NCBI GenBank assembly: GCA_029855935.1
Contig: JAGSHN010000022.1
Location: 9,760 to 73,759 of the forward strand
DNA: 64,000 bases
Direction of reading: 5' to 3'
Source of the DNA: Candidatus Thorarchaeota archaeon
GTDB lineage: Archaea; Asgardarchaeota; Thorarchaeia; Thorarchaeales; Thorarchaeaceae
Position numbers and translations under genes: made by a program. The stretch's first letter is position 1; each line of letters starts with the position of its first letter. Below the pieces are notes generated by a model, which was given only the letters and a program-made list of their open reading frames with translations, had not been told where the DNA came from and did no database searches. Shown here one piece after another: positions 17,167 to 27,363 of this stretch.

Positions 17167-19833
17167 TTGGAAGTCGCGGATGCGCAGGTCAAGAGGGTGC
17201 TCTCAAGACCGTACGTGATGGTCTTCAGGAAGACGAGACAGGAACTCGCCTGCAGGGTAGAGGTCTATGGTACCGTCCTCAAGAACAGGCAGCGGAGCCT
17301 CCTTGCTGGGATTGTAGAGTTCGGGCGCAGGCAGAACGGTCTCCTTGAGATAAGACGCGCGTGGTTCTTGAAGTTCAACAAGCCAATCTACTACCAGCCC
17401 AAGGAGTTTCACCAGATCATCAGAGGGGCGCAGAGCGTCATCATCCCGCGAGATGCAGCACCCGAGTTCATGGACGATTTGCTACAGTTCCTGTCACGAA
17501 TCCAGTCCCCCGAGCCGCGGCTCGTTCCAGTCTGCATGCACTGCCTGCGAGAGGACCGCCTGACCGTACTCACGCGGCGCAACGCCGTGCGCTTCTCGGC
17601 AACAGATGTCGGCTGCACGACTTGTGCGAAGAACGAGCTGAGGATGGAGCTGAGGAGCCTCGGCGTCAATCTCTCCAAGGGAATGATACGGCAGCTCGAG
17701 TATCAGGTGACACGGCTGCGATCAGTCCCAAGGGTGTTGGAGGTCCTGCTCCCCGGGTTTGACCCCACGAAGGAACCGGAGCTGACGCTGTTCGACACGA
17801 TTGAGGCACGCGGTGTCGAGAGACCCCACGCGGTGAATGACCTTCCCCTGCCACAAGAGTTCAGGGACCTGCTCAGTCATGAGGGCTATGAGTCCCTTCT
17901 CCCGGTGCAGGAACTGGCCGTCAGGGCCGGGCTGCTCGATGGCAAAGACCTGCTGATAGTGTCGGCAACGTCCTCGGGAAAGACGCTGATTGGGGAGCTC
18001 GCAGGGATACCGCGCGCAATGCAGGGACGAAAGATGATCTATCTGTCGCCTCTCGTTGCCCTGACGAACGAGAAGTACGAGCTCTTCAAGCGGAGGTACA
18101 GAAGACTCGGCCTGCGGGCAGGCATCAGGGTGGGAATGTCGCGTCTTGATGTTGGTGACGAGGGTCGTCCCATAGTGGACACCGACATCACAAAGGCGGA
18201 CATCATCTGCGCAACCTACGAGGCGCTCGACTATATGCTCAGGGCACGGGAGACCGACCCTCTCGGAGAGATAGGGACGATCATCATCGACGAGATACAG
18301 AATCTGGGCGACCCGGAGAGGGGCCCAGAACTGGACGGGCTCCTCGTGAGGCTGAGGCACTACGCGCCCAGAGCCCAGGTTCTCGCCCTCTCTGCGACAG
18401 TGGGCACTCCGAAGCAGCTGGCAGAGGAGCTCGGCCTCACACTGGTCAACTATGATGGCCGACCCGTGCCTCTCGAGCGCCATCTGGTGTTTGCGCGCAG
18501 TGAGGACAAGAAACGCGAGATGATTCGTCGGCTCGTCCTCAAGGAGTACAGGACCATAAGCAGTCACGGCAACAGAGGTCAGAGCATCGTCTTCACCTAT
18601 TCCCGTCGTCGTGCCCATGCGCTGAGCGACTGGCTCCGGGACAACGGAGTGTCTGCAACCGTCTATCATGGAGGGCTGTCATATCTGCGTAGACGGCGAG
18701 TGGAACGAGCATATGCGAGACAGAAGTACGCCTGCGTGGTCACGACTGCAGCACTGGGCGCCGGCGTGGACCTCCCCGCATCGCAGGTCATCTTCGAGTC
18801 ACTGGCTATGGGTGCTGACTGGCTGAGTATCGCGGAGTTTGAACAGATGCTGGGCAGAGCGGGACGGCTCGGCAAGCACGACCGTGGGAAGGTGTACATC
18901 CTTGTGGAGCCTGACAGGAAGTATCATAGCGGTCAGGAGAAGACCGAGGACGAGGTGGCGATTGAACTCCTCAATGGCGTTGTCGAGGATGTCGAGCCGT
19001 TCGCTGATCTCGAGACCTCAGCTGAACAGGCCCTTGCCTCCATATCTGCCACTGGCATCACGCGGCTGGAGGATGTGGCACGACTCTATCGTGAACATCT
19101 CTCCTTCTCAGTGCCGCCCTCAGAGGCGATGAAGCACCTCGTCAGGACCCGAATGGTCAGGGTGCGGAAGGGCGGTATCCAGATCACTCCGCTAGGACGG
19201 GCCACGACCCTCTCCTTCCTCAAGCCGTCACAAGGGCTAGAGGTTCTAAAGCGCACGGAGACAATGGATGTCCTTGATATAGCAATCAGCCTGAACCCGT
19301 TTGAGAACGTCTATCTCAGTAGCAAGCTGCAGGCTGAGATCAACAAGGCATTCCGCACGTATATGCCCACCAGGCTCTTCGCTGGTGTCTTCTCGGATGT
19401 GGCCGAGCTCTCCTCCCAGAGGGGCGCCGCCCAGAGGTTGCCGGGATGGGTCTTTGAGGTCTTCTCCCGATGGATGCGCGAGTTCTTCAACTGTGGTTGT
19501 CCGCTCTATCCGGAGTGTGACCACGGGAAGATACGTCTCGGTCGCTGGCTCGTTGAGAGGAGAAAGGAGGGCCTCAATCCAACAGGGCTGGCGAAACGCC
19601 TCCACGACGAGTTCCACCTTTGGGCCTACCCTGGTGACATCTTCTCTTGGCTCGACACTCTTGTCCACAGTCTCAAGGCTGTTCAGCGAGTGGCGGCCGT
19701 CGCAGGTAAGATGGACCTTGAGGAGGAGATTGAGAGTCAGATAGCCAAGATTGAGCAGCCACTCAAGAGAGCGGAGACAGAGCAGGCCCGACAGAAGCAG
19801 CACTCGAAGAAGCAGGACACGCGAAAGGCATAG
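17167..19833 (+). CDS. Archaea-specific superfamily II (DEAD/DEAH) helicase, COG1202/DUF5814 type
   Basis: SATSSGKT, IIDEIQ, LSAT, QMLGRAGR; N-terminal CxxC...CxxC and C-terminal CGCPLYPECDH. Confidence 0.9.
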   Translation: MEVADAQVKRVLSRPYVMVFRKTRQELACRVEVYGTVLKNRQRSLLAGIVEFGRRQNGLLEIRRAWFLKFNKPIYYQPKEFHQIIRGAQSVIIPRDAAPEFMDDLLQFLSRIQSPEPRLVPVCMHCLREDRLTVLTRRNAVRFSATDVGCTTCAKNELRMELRSLGVNLSKGMIRQLEYQVTRLRSVPRVLEVLLPGFDPTKEPELTLFDTIEARGVERPHAVNDLPLPQEFRDLLSHEGYESLLPVQELAVRAGLLDGKDLLIVSATSSGKTLIGELAGIPRAMQGRKMIYLSPLVALTNEKYELFKRRYRRLGLRAGIRVGMSRLDVGDEGRPIVDTDITKADIICATYEALDYMLRARETDPLGEIGTIIIDEIQNLGDPERGPELDGLLVRLRHYAPRAQVLALSATVGTPKQLAEELGLTLVNYDGRPVPLERHLVFARSEDKKREMIRRLVLKEYRTISSHGNRGQSIVFTYSRRRAHALSDWLRDNGVSATVYHGGLSYLRRRRVERAYARQKYACVVTTAALGAGVDLPASQVIFESLAMGADWLSIAEFEQMLGRAGRLGKHDRGKVYILVEPDRKYHSGQEKTEDEVAIELLNGVVEDVEPFADLETSAEQALASISATGITRLEDVARLYREHLSFSVPPSEAMKHLVRTRMVRVRKGGIQITPLGRATTLSFLKPSQGLEVLKRTETMDVLDIAISLNPFENVYLSSKLQAEINKAFRTYMPTRLFAGVFSDVAELSSQRGAAQRLPGWVFEVFSRWMREFFNCGCPLYPECDHGKIRLGRWLVERRKEGLNPTGLAKRLHDEFHLWAYPGDIFSWLDTLVHSLKAVQRVAAVAGKMDLEEEIESQIAKIEQPLKRAETEQARQKQHSKKQDTRKA

Positions 19834-19920
19834 GACTCACATTGAGAGACGGCGGAGTGAGCTACCACGGTGACGCCTCTCGCGGACCCGCCACGGAGTG
19901 TTGCAGACCGTCTGCACAGC

Positions 19921-20193
19921 TCAGGACTGCAACGAGGTTGGTGAGTCGTCGAACTCAAACCTCACCCTGAGATTGTTGATGCGATCGACATCAAGGGAGT
20001 CTATGTTGAGGTCGACCCAGAGATGCAGGTCGTGGCGAAGCCGCTCCTTCGGGGAGAGTCCCGCCACTTGCCCGACGAGGTCCTCTGTGACCAGCTCGAA
20101 CCTAGTTCCGCCGCACTTACACGTGCCCTCCAAGACCATATCGATGTCACTTGATGTGGCACCGCAGTTCCGACACCTGAAGATCATTGCCAA
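19921..20193 (-). CDS. Zn-ribbon protein (OapC/DUF2072-like)
   Basis: N-terminal CRNCG...CKCGGTRF. Confidence 0.65.
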   Translation of the reverse strand: MAMIFRCRNCGATSSDIDMVLEGTCKCGGTRFELVTEDLVGQVAGLSPKERLRHDLHLWVDLNIDSLDVDRINNLRVRFEFDDSPTSLQS

Positions 20194-20376
20194 TCATCGT
20201 GTGGTACCATGCGCCGGACTATAGGGATTGGTACTCTTGAGGTAATACTCACACGGAAAGAGGAGGGATGATACTGGGTCCTTCGGAACACATGCTGCTC
20301 GTCCCATTGATATGAGATAGAGTCATAAAGGGCATCGGCGCAGCAGAGTCACTAGCTTAGCTGGGGCTGTTGTCAC

Positions 20377-20646
20377 ATGGCAAGGTCTTGCGCAATATGC
20401 CACGGTAGACCTAAACTGAAGTGCGACCGCTGCAGGAATGAGTTCTGTCACCAACACGCCATCAGATGCCCCTCTTGCGGCACCATAACGTGCATACGGG
20501 ACCTGGGAAGGAGGACCACCTGTCCTGTCTGCAAGAAGCCCCTCAACATCTGTCCTGAATGCCTGCTCAACGGTGAGATAGTGAGAACGTTGACCAATCC
20601 TGTCACCTGTCCGGTGTGTGGCTGGACGGAGGACTCTGCCGTCTAG
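20377..20646 (+). CDS. Small multi-zinc-finger protein
   Basis: Six CxxC motifs plus one CxxH in 89 aa. Confidence 0.75.
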   Translation: MARSCAICHGRPKLKCDRCRNEFCHQHAIRCPSCGTITCIRDLGRRTTCPVCKKPLNICPECLLNGEIVRTLTNPVTCPVCGWTEDSAV

Positions 20647-20656
20647 GCCGCTCAGG

Positions 20657-20977
20657 TCAGGCAAACAGAAAGAGCAGCGTCAGAACAATCCCGACCAGCA
20701 GTGCGACCAGCCAACCTCGCCAGCCCATACCCCATACGATGGGGATGGGACCGATGAGGATCACACCCTTGCTCTCGTGCCTGACCTCTACGGGCTCCGG
20801 TCCCTCGCGCATCCGCAGGATCAGACCAGCCGCAACAAGCAATAGTCCCAACATCAGGAGGATCACTCCGAGAACAGCCATTGTGTCAGGTGTCTGCATC
20901 AACATCATCGAAGTCACCACCACGGTCGCTCTGAGTGCTTGGAGCACTGGCGTGGCTATAGCATGAACCAACATCAC
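20657..20977 (-). CDS. DUF131/TIGR00304-family membrane protein
   Basis: Signature GVILIGPIPIVWG between TM helices. Confidence 0.8.
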   Translation of the reverse strand: MMLVHAIATPVLQALRATVVVTSMMLMQTPDTMAVLGVILLMLGLLLVAAGLILRMREGPEPVEVRHESKGVILIGPIPIVWGMGWRGWLVALLVGIVLTLLFLFA

Positions 20978-21549
20978 TGACCGTGCCTCTCCTCTGTCTC
21001 CGGCAGCCTAAAGACCATCCGTTCGTAGCCGCCCACGTGCTGACCCTCTTCGGCCCAGAGTACTATGATGTCATCACGAATCTCGTATTCAAGCAGGGAG
21101 TCTATCTCCATCACCTGAGTGCCTCGGGGGAACCTCCATATGATCTCAAAGTCGTACGGAGCGTCCTCCTCCTCGAGCCAAGTCTCAATTCTGTTCTCCG
21201 TCCCCGGGCGAAATGGCCCGCGGAAGTCGATGACGAAGACAACACCGACGACGCTCGTCGGGCCCTTTGGCAATATCTCCACGTGAGAGACCTTTGAATA
21301 GACACGCTCCCCGTTTATCTCCACACGCTCTTGATCGAGAAAGTACTGCATGTTGTCCCAGAGTCTCGTGACCTCCTGCTCAAAGAGCTCGTTGTCCGAG
21401 AGGACGCGAGAATAGTATCCCTCGTGATCCCAGTACTCGTAGATCAGCTGCTCGTGTATCTCACCTGTCATCGACACGGAGAAGAAGGAGTACGCGTGGA
21501 CAGGTTCGACAAACCCTTCGTCGAGGTCATTCATCGGCATCACCACCAT
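20974..21549 (-). CDS. Hypothetical acidic protein
   Basis: Operonic with its neighbours (3-nt gap upstream, 4-nt overlap downstream); beta-rich C-half. Confidence 0.7.
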   Translation of the reverse strand: MVVMPMNDLDEGFVEPVHAYSFFSVSMTGEIHEQLIYEYWDHEGYYSRVLSDNELFEQEVTRLWDNMQYFLDQERVEINGERVYSKVSHVEILPKGPTSVVGVVFVIDFRGPFRPGTENRIETWLEEEDAPYDFEIIWRFPRGTQVMEIDSLLEYEIRDDIIVLWAEEGQHVGGYERMVFRLPETEERHGQ

Positions 21550-21552
21550 CCT

Positions 21553-22560
21553 TCATTCGAGGGGCACTGCAGGAATGCCCGTATCGGATAGGCTCGCGGC
21601 GAGAGTTCGTCCGTTCTCTGTGAAGCAGTACGCAATGACCGGGTCGACGCTCTTGGCGAAGTCCAGTAGTCCAGGGAAGTCCGTGTGAGCCGAGAGGGGA
21701 AATCCACCGTGGCCATAGTGCGGCAACGACCAACCCGAGAGGTCGAACCTTCGTGACCGTCTCTCCAGCCTCCGGGCCAGGTCCGGTCCGTGCAACCTCC
21801 GCACGTTGTACAGCATATGCCGAAATGATGACACCACCATCGCTCCACCATTCCGAAGGATCTCAGCAGCAGCGTCCGTATTGATTGACACGTATTCCAA
21901 GTCTGAGCCGTGATGGGCGTAGACCTGTGACACAGCATCAATTGCGAAGTTCCCCACGACCACATCAATACCACTGCGAGCAAGGAGAGCTATCGCCTCC
22001 TGAGCCTTGCCCAGTGAATAGGCGCTGAAACACGGCACCTCTCCCCCGTTGACGACCTCTCTCGCAGTCCTCACGATGTCAGAGTGAATGTCTTCCCGCG
22101 GTGGGAAGACCCAGTGAGGCGTGCCATAGGTCGCCTCCGTGACAAGAACGTCGGCCTCCACAGGGACTGCCGCGGTATGCACAAGACTGTCAACATTGTT
22201 GAAGTCGCCAGTGTAGAGGACGGTCGTGTCCCCCAGCTCTATGAGAAACATTGACGACCCCAGCACGTGACCTGCGTTGAGAGCAGTCACGGAGACGGTG
22301 CCCAGCGAGACTGGTTCGCCGTACTCGACAGTCATCACGCGGGCGCGCCCCACACGACCGTTTCTCGCAATCAAGGTCTCGAGTGTCGCCTGTGTCGTCA
22401 CGAGCGTCTTTGCGAGATCCACAGAGACAACGTGGTCAGCGTGTGAATGCGAGAGGAGTGTGGGACCGTGACCGACCGCGGCATCGAGACCTATTGTCAC
22501 ATCACCGTAGATGAGAATCAGCCCGCTAGAAGCGGCCCGAAGGATCTTTATCTCTGACAT
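21553..22560 (-). CDS. MBL-fold beta-CASP nuclease
   Basis: SHSHADH, AGHVLGS, YTGD, EATYG, YSLGKAQE, LSAHTD. Confidence 0.88.
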   Translation of the reverse strand: MSEIKILRAASSGLILIYGDVTIGLDAAVGHGPTLLSHSHADHVVSVDLAKTLVTTQATLETLIARNGRVGRARVMTVEYGEPVSLGTVSVTALNAGHVLGSSMFLIELGDTTVLYTGDFNNVDSLVHTAAVPVEADVLVTEATYGTPHWVFPPREDIHSDIVRTAREVVNGGEVPCFSAYSLGKAQEAIALLARSGIDVVVGNFAIDAVSQVYAHHGSDLEYVSINTDAAAEILRNGGAMVVSSFRHMLYNVRRLHGPDLARRLERRSRRFDLSGWSLPHYGHGGFPLSAHTDFPGLLDFAKSVDPVIAYCFTENGRTLAASLSDTGIPAVPLE

Positions 22561-22639
22561 CAGTCAGCCCCCTCTCGCTCCACTCATCTCAAAAGGCTTT
22601 CCTCCGACAACTCGGTCAGAGACAATTGCGTCAATGTGA

Positions 22640-23530
22640 TCACAACAGGCGCCGATACAGCGCCAGTCGTAGTAGATTTGTGCGTTTCCCGTCGTGACTC
22701 ACAATGTCAATCACACCGCGCTCGTATGGGCTGAGCAGGTCAATGCTGAGTGTCTCCACACGGGCTTGACGTACAACGCCGAGCACCGCGTCTGCTGCCA
22801 ACTGTTCGTCCACCCGACTAGGATCTCGCACAAGCAGGCGCAGTACGAGATGGCTCCCGATCGTGTCGGACACCAAGACGAGTGCAAGATCGCCATCAAT
22901 CGACAGAGTGTGGAGTCGGCCCCTGGCAGCACCTAGGTCTGCCGATAGCCACGTGTGCGAACAGTTCACGCTTGAGTCCCTGCGACGCCTCCAGAGGAAC
23001 TTTCTCACCGCATTTATATCGTGAGACTCGTCCCAGTCCACATTGCTCTTGGGCCTCGGAAACGGCCCAGTCAGGTCACCGTAGAGGATGTCTTCATCGA
23101 CCTGCGAGAAGCGGAGATCCGCTAGAGCTGGTGCAGTCCATTCCGGTAGCAGAAAGGAGAATGGGAAGGGGGGCGCACTTGTCGTCTCCTCGGGGACAAG
23201 CGCATCGACCTGACGGATGGCGGCTGTTCTGAAGAAAGGCAGAGACGACCTGATGATGCTCCTCAGAACATCGCCCCTCCGACTCTCCTCGACAAACACA
23301 GCTGCGAGAGCCAATCCCAGCAGGGTTCGATCTCTGTACAATGCGGTACCGCCAATCGGTACACCTCCTAGGGTCGCAACATACAAGAACACGTCGTCCA
23401 TTGTGCCGAATGACTCGGTGCATCTTCTGATGTCATCTGACTTCTCGACTCCAAGCGTGTCGCACATCTCGTGCCACAGACCGAACTCGGGCGGGAATAG
23501 CCTGCTGTTGAACATCATACCATCCTTCAC
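22640..23530 (-). CDS. Hypothetical protein, possible tandem GNAT fold
   Basis: VFVEESRRG resembles a GNAT acetyl-CoA motif; overlaps the mer stop. Confidence 0.55.
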   Translation of the reverse strand: MKDGMMFNSRLFPPEFGLWHEMCDTLGVEKSDDIRRCTESFGTMDDVFLYVATLGGVPIGGTALYRDRTLLGLALAAVFVEESRRGDVLRSIIRSSLPFFRTAAIRQVDALVPEETTSAPPFPFSFLLPEWTAPALADLRFSQVDEDILYGDLTGPFPRPKSNVDWDESHDINAVRKFLWRRRRDSSVNCSHTWLSADLGAARGRLHTLSIDGDLALVLVSDTIGSHLVLRLLVRDPSRVDEQLAADAVLGVVRQARVETLSIDLLSPYERGVIDIVSHDGKRTNLLRLALYRRLL

Positions 23531-24609
23531 GAGGATGCCTCCTTCAGACGCGGGACTATCTCACTCCCAATCCTTCTGATTGCAGATACCCTCTCAGGGC
23601 CCAGCGGGGAACCGGCCACAAAGTGCGTCACTCCGACACGGAGCAGCTCCTCTATCCGGTCAAGACAGTAGTCACGGTCGCCAACTATCGCAAATATATC
23701 AATCATATCCTCTGTGACAAGCGAGGCAGCCTCTGCAAAGCGTCCGCGTTCGAGCTCGCGAGCGATGACCTCTCGCGACTCCACGGCCAGTCCGTGTCGC
23801 TCCAGAACTGTGTTGGGAGAACCGGCGACCACGTAGGCGACAATCAGACGTGTCATACCGGAGAGGGCATCCTCGCGATCCTTGCCGATGCTAAAGGCTG
23901 TGTAGGCCCCGATGTCAAGGGAGTCAACCTGCCGCCGACGTGCCCTCTTCAGTCCTCGCCTTATGGCACCAATCGATACCTCGAAGTCTCTTGGATGACT
24001 TGCATTGATCAGGATGCCATCAACCAGAGGGGCAACGCGTTCGAGCATCATCGGACCCTGTGCGCCAGCATAGATGGGAATGTATGGTGCTTTCTTGACC
24101 ACCTTGCCATCACGGGTGACAGGCTCGCCCCTCTCGTCGAGCTGTATCGTCCTCGGGACCATAGATAGCTTGGCGCCGCGAAAGTGAAAGACCCGACCTT
24201 CAAAGTTGAGTCTCCGTCCAGCAAGGAGCTCCCTCATACACTGAACGCTCTCCACGACGGTTGTGACAGGGAGATGCCATCTGAGCCCCAGCGTCTCAAG
24301 CGTGACCCTGTCACCGGCACCCACTCCGACAACAGCACGACCATTCGAGATCTCGTTGAGGGTAACAGCCGCAGCGGCCGAGAGCGCAGGACTGGTGTGG
24401 TACGGGTTCGTCACGCCAGGTCCAATCATAACACGGCTGGTCGACATTGCTATGGCCGTCAGGGTGCACCACAGGTTCCTGTTGTTGTAATGGTCAGTGA
24501 TCCAGACGTGGTCGAACCCCACCTCCTCGGCGAGCTGCGACCACTTCACTATCTGAGCAACAGGATGATCGGGGACGAACTCGATTCCGACAAGCGTCAT
24601 CAGGAACAC
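23527..24609 (-). CDS. mer: 5,10-methylenetetrahydromethanopterin reductase (F420-dependent)
   Basis: GIEFVP, WITDHYNNR, GPGVTNPY, GAQGPMML, INASHPRDF, VAGSPLGP. Confidence 0.9.
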   Translation of the reverse strand: MFLMTLVGIEFVPDHPVAQIVKWSQLAEEVGFDHVWITDHYNNRNLWCTLTAIAMSTSRVMIGPGVTNPYHTSPALSAAAAVTLNEISNGRAVVGVGAGDRVTLETLGLRWHLPVTTVVESVQCMRELLAGRRLNFEGRVFHFRGAKLSMVPRTIQLDERGEPVTRDGKVVKKAPYIPIYAGAQGPMMLERVAPLVDGILINASHPRDFEVSIGAIRRGLKRARRRQVDSLDIGAYTAFSIGKDREDALSGMTRLIVAYVVAGSPNTVLERHGLAVESREVIARELERGRFAEAASLVTEDMIDIFAIVGDRDYCLDRIEELLRVGVTHFVAGSPLGPERVSAIRRIGSEIVPRLKEASS

Positions 24610-24691
24610 ACCGTCATTCGGACAACGCCTACTGGGACGAATAAATCATGTCCGGTGATGCAGCCAGGGACCAGCGCGCTCACTGCGACCG

Positions 24692-24706
24692 AGCGAAGGC
24701 TTTAAG
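24692..24706 (+). promoter_or_regulatory. BRE-TATA-like promoter
   Basis: AGCGAAGGCTTTAAG upstream of the MDR/EndoQ operon. Confidence 0.45.
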
Positions 24707-24743
24707 GCCCGTGCGAACCGTTGGCTCAAGGGGGTCCTGAAAG

Positions 24744-25733
24744 CTGAAGTCGCTGGTACTGACGGACAATGGTCTTCAACTGGCAGACACGCCAATGCCA
24801 TCGATTCTTCCAGGCGAGGTAAGAATCGAGGTCAGGTCAGTGGGTCTGAGTGCGATTGACATCTCCATATGGAGAGGCGAGTACGACGTACAGCTCCCCC
24901 TGATTCTCGGTCATGAGATCAGTGGGTTCATCCACGAGAGCTCGGTTCCTGGTATCGAGCCGGGCACGTACGTGACCACCGAGGTCGATACATTCTGCGG
25001 CACGTGCTGGTACTGCCGTCACAATCTCCGGCATCATTGTAAGTCAAGGACGACTCTGGGAGTCACACGTGACGGGGGCCTTGCAGAGTACCTCACCGTA
25101 CTTGCGGATATGGTGCATATCCTGCCCGATCAGGTCGACTCCGTGACAGGTGTGTTCGTCCACCCCGTTGCAACCGCTCTGGAGACCGTCAACAGGGTCC
25201 CGCCCGAGCACGACGAGCCAGTGGCCGTCATTGGCACTGGGAAGATTGGGCTCATCATCTCACAGGTCTATGAGGCGTTCGGTGCCGAGCCGTTCGTGGT
25301 GGGTCGCAATCAATGGAAGCTCGGACTGGCAAGGCAGATTGGAATTCGACATGTCATCAACAACAGGGACTCCGGGTGGAAAAACGCCATCCTCGACGCC
25401 ACGGAGGGTGTCGGTGCGAGAGTGGTGGTGGAGGCCACAGGGACGGTGGAGGGCCTGAGGGACGCGCTGGAGGTCGTACGAAACGGTGGGACTGTCGTCC
25501 TGAAGAGCATCCACTCGCAGGCCATTCCTGTGCAGGCACAGGAGCTGGTAAGTAGGGAGATCACTCTCATCGGGACAAGGGCTGGTCCCTTTGACGAGGC
25601 GATTGATCTTCTGGCCAAGGGGAGGGTGGAGGTGAAGCGGCTCGTCAGTGCCCAGTTCCCACTGGATGAGGGAGAGCGTGCCTTTGAGTATGCGACAAAG
25701 CCGGATGTGACAAAGGTCATAATCAACGTCTGA
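24744..25733 (+). CDS. Medium-chain (Zn-type) alcohol dehydrogenase family protein, first catalytic Cys absent
   Basis: LGHE, structural Zn CGTCWYC...C, Rossmann GTGKIG. Probable CTG start at 24744 giving (M)KSLVLTD. Confidence 0.85.
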   Translation: MKSLVLTDNGLQLADTPMPSILPGEVRIEVRSVGLSAIDISIWRGEYDVQLPLILGHEISGFIHESSVPGIEPGTYVTTEVDTFCGTCWYCRHNLRHHCKSRTTLGVTRDGGLAEYLTVLADMVHILPDQVDSVTGVFVHPVATALETVNRVPPEHDEPVAVIGTGKIGLIISQVYEAFGAEPFVVGRNQWKLGLARQIGIRHVINNRDSGWKNAILDATEGVGARVVVEATGTVEGLRDALEVVRNGGTVVLKSIHSQAIPVQAQELVSREITLIGTRAGPFDEAIDLLAKGRVEVKRLVSAQFPLDEGERAFEYATKPDVTKVIINV

Positions 25734-25743
25734 GGACCGCCCG

Positions 25744-27021
25744 ATGCCGGAGTTCGATGCCGACCTGCATATTCACTCGCCACACTCAATCGGTGTGAGC
25801 CCTCAGATGACCATCCCAAACATCACGGCATCCGCTCGGAGAAAGGGACTCAGCGTGATAGGCACGGGTGATGCCACTCAACCGGACTGGCTCAATCACT
25901 TGAGGTCACACCTGAGATCTGAGGGCGAGATCCTGCGCAACGACAGGATATGCTTCATTCTGACTGCGGAGGTCGAAGATGCTGACTCTGTGCATCACCT
26001 GATCATCTTTCCAGACTTCGACTCTGTGGTCAGGTTTCGAACTGCTATCAAGAGTGACTCGCCAAACATAGACCATAAGTGGGGTGGTCGCCCGAGAGTG
26101 AACCTGAAGGGAGAGGAGATTGCAGGAGTCGCCCGTGACGTGGGTGCCCTCGTCGGACCAGCCCACGCATTCACGCCCTTCAGGTCAATATTCCGGGAGG
26201 GCAAGTATGACTCGCTGAGCGCGTGCTACAAGGGTGAAACGGACTATGTCGCATTTGTCGAGCTTGGCCTCTCTGCTGACACAACGATTGCAGACTTCAT
26301 CCCCGAGCTGAGGGAACGAACCTTCATCACCGCCAGCGATGCGCACTCACCGGCGCCCGACAAGCTGGGACGAGAGTTCGTCAGATTGGAGCTTGAGGAG
26401 CCGAGCTTCGAGGAGCTCAAGATGGCTATAATGAGGCGGGCTGGCCGTCGACCAGTCCTCAATGTCGGCCTGGATCCACGACTGGGAAAATACTACCTCT
26501 CGTTCTGTGGGAGCTGCAGGCGCACGCTCGTGCTCAGGCGTGGCAACGAGCCGCCGCACTACGACAGACTGAACGTGTTCTTCTACACAGACTCCCCCAA
26601 GGGGACTAGGCAGCTGCTGAGCGACGTCCACAGGAGGCATGTCGTCTGTCCTGCCTGTGGCGGCCGCCTGCGCCTGGGCGTGAGGGACAGAGCTGCAATG
26701 ATAGGTGAGGGTGAGAGCCGCTCTCCACATCATCGGCCTCCGTATCTTCATATGCCTCCGCTTACAGAGCTCATTCGCTCGGCTCTGGGTGTCAGGTCGA
26801 CCAAGTCGAAGAGCGTGATCAGGCTCTACGACACAATGGTCGGTGGGCTCGGACCTGAGACTGCCATTCTGACCAAGACAGCAATAGAGGACATCTGCAG
26901 TATCGATGCCAGAGTTGCAGAGATGATTGGTGCCTACAGGTCGAGACGCGTCAAGATAGTCCCCGGTGGGGGCGGCAGATACGGAAGGATTGAGGGGATA
27001 GTGGAGGACAACGAGCAATGA
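25744..27021 (+). CDS. Endonuclease Q family protein (PHP domain, TIGR00375)
   Basis: DLHIHS, GTGD, GPAHAFTP, ELGLSAD, SDAHS, GKY, Zn ribbon, HRPPY, GGGGRYG. Confidence 0.88.
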   Translation: MPEFDADLHIHSPHSIGVSPQMTIPNITASARRKGLSVIGTGDATQPDWLNHLRSHLRSEGEILRNDRICFILTAEVEDADSVHHLIIFPDFDSVVRFRTAIKSDSPNIDHKWGGRPRVNLKGEEIAGVARDVGALVGPAHAFTPFRSIFREGKYDSLSACYKGETDYVAFVELGLSADTTIADFIPELRERTFITASDAHSPAPDKLGREFVRLELEEPSFEELKMAIMRRAGRRPVLNVGLDPRLGKYYLSFCGSCRRTLVLRRGNEPPHYDRLNVFFYTDSPKGTRQLLSDVHRRHVVCPACGGRLRLGVRDRAAMIGEGESRSPHHRPPYLHMPPLTELIRSALGVRSTKSKSVIRLYDTMVGGLGPETAILTKTAIEDICSIDARVAEMIGAYRSRRVKIVPGGGGRYGRIEGIVEDNEQ

Positions 27022-27335
27022 CTGTGGTTCGTGGTATCATCAGAGAGGTAGGGAGAAGTACCACCACAAGAATCAGCGCCAGACGCTGGTACGGCGTGAC
27101 CAAGATTGTTGTCCAAGACCCCAAGACAGGACAGACCTATGATGTGCGGCTGTCGGCAGATGTGATGCGACGCTGCAACTTTCTCCCGCGGGTCGGAATG
27201 CCAGTCATCATTCACGGCTTTGTGGAGGAGGCAGAGTACGGACTGTCTGACTTCGTTGTGACACGGGTCACCGACGTCAAGCATGAGGGAGCTGGCATCA
27301 GAAGGGTGGTACGCCTAGACGAAGAGGATGGATGA
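27018..27335 (+). CDS. Small probable OB-fold protein
   Basis: VRGIIREV...VGMPVIIHGFV beta-strand pattern; ATGA overlap with the EndoQ gene. Confidence 0.6.
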   Translation: MTVVRGIIREVGRSTTTRISARRWYGVTKIVVQDPKTGQTYDVRLSADVMRRCNFLPRVGMPVIIHGFVEEAEYGLSDFVVTRVTDVKHEGAGIRRVVRLDEEDG

Positions 27336-27363
27336 CGCCTCACCCAGCAGCAGCGCAACACAC

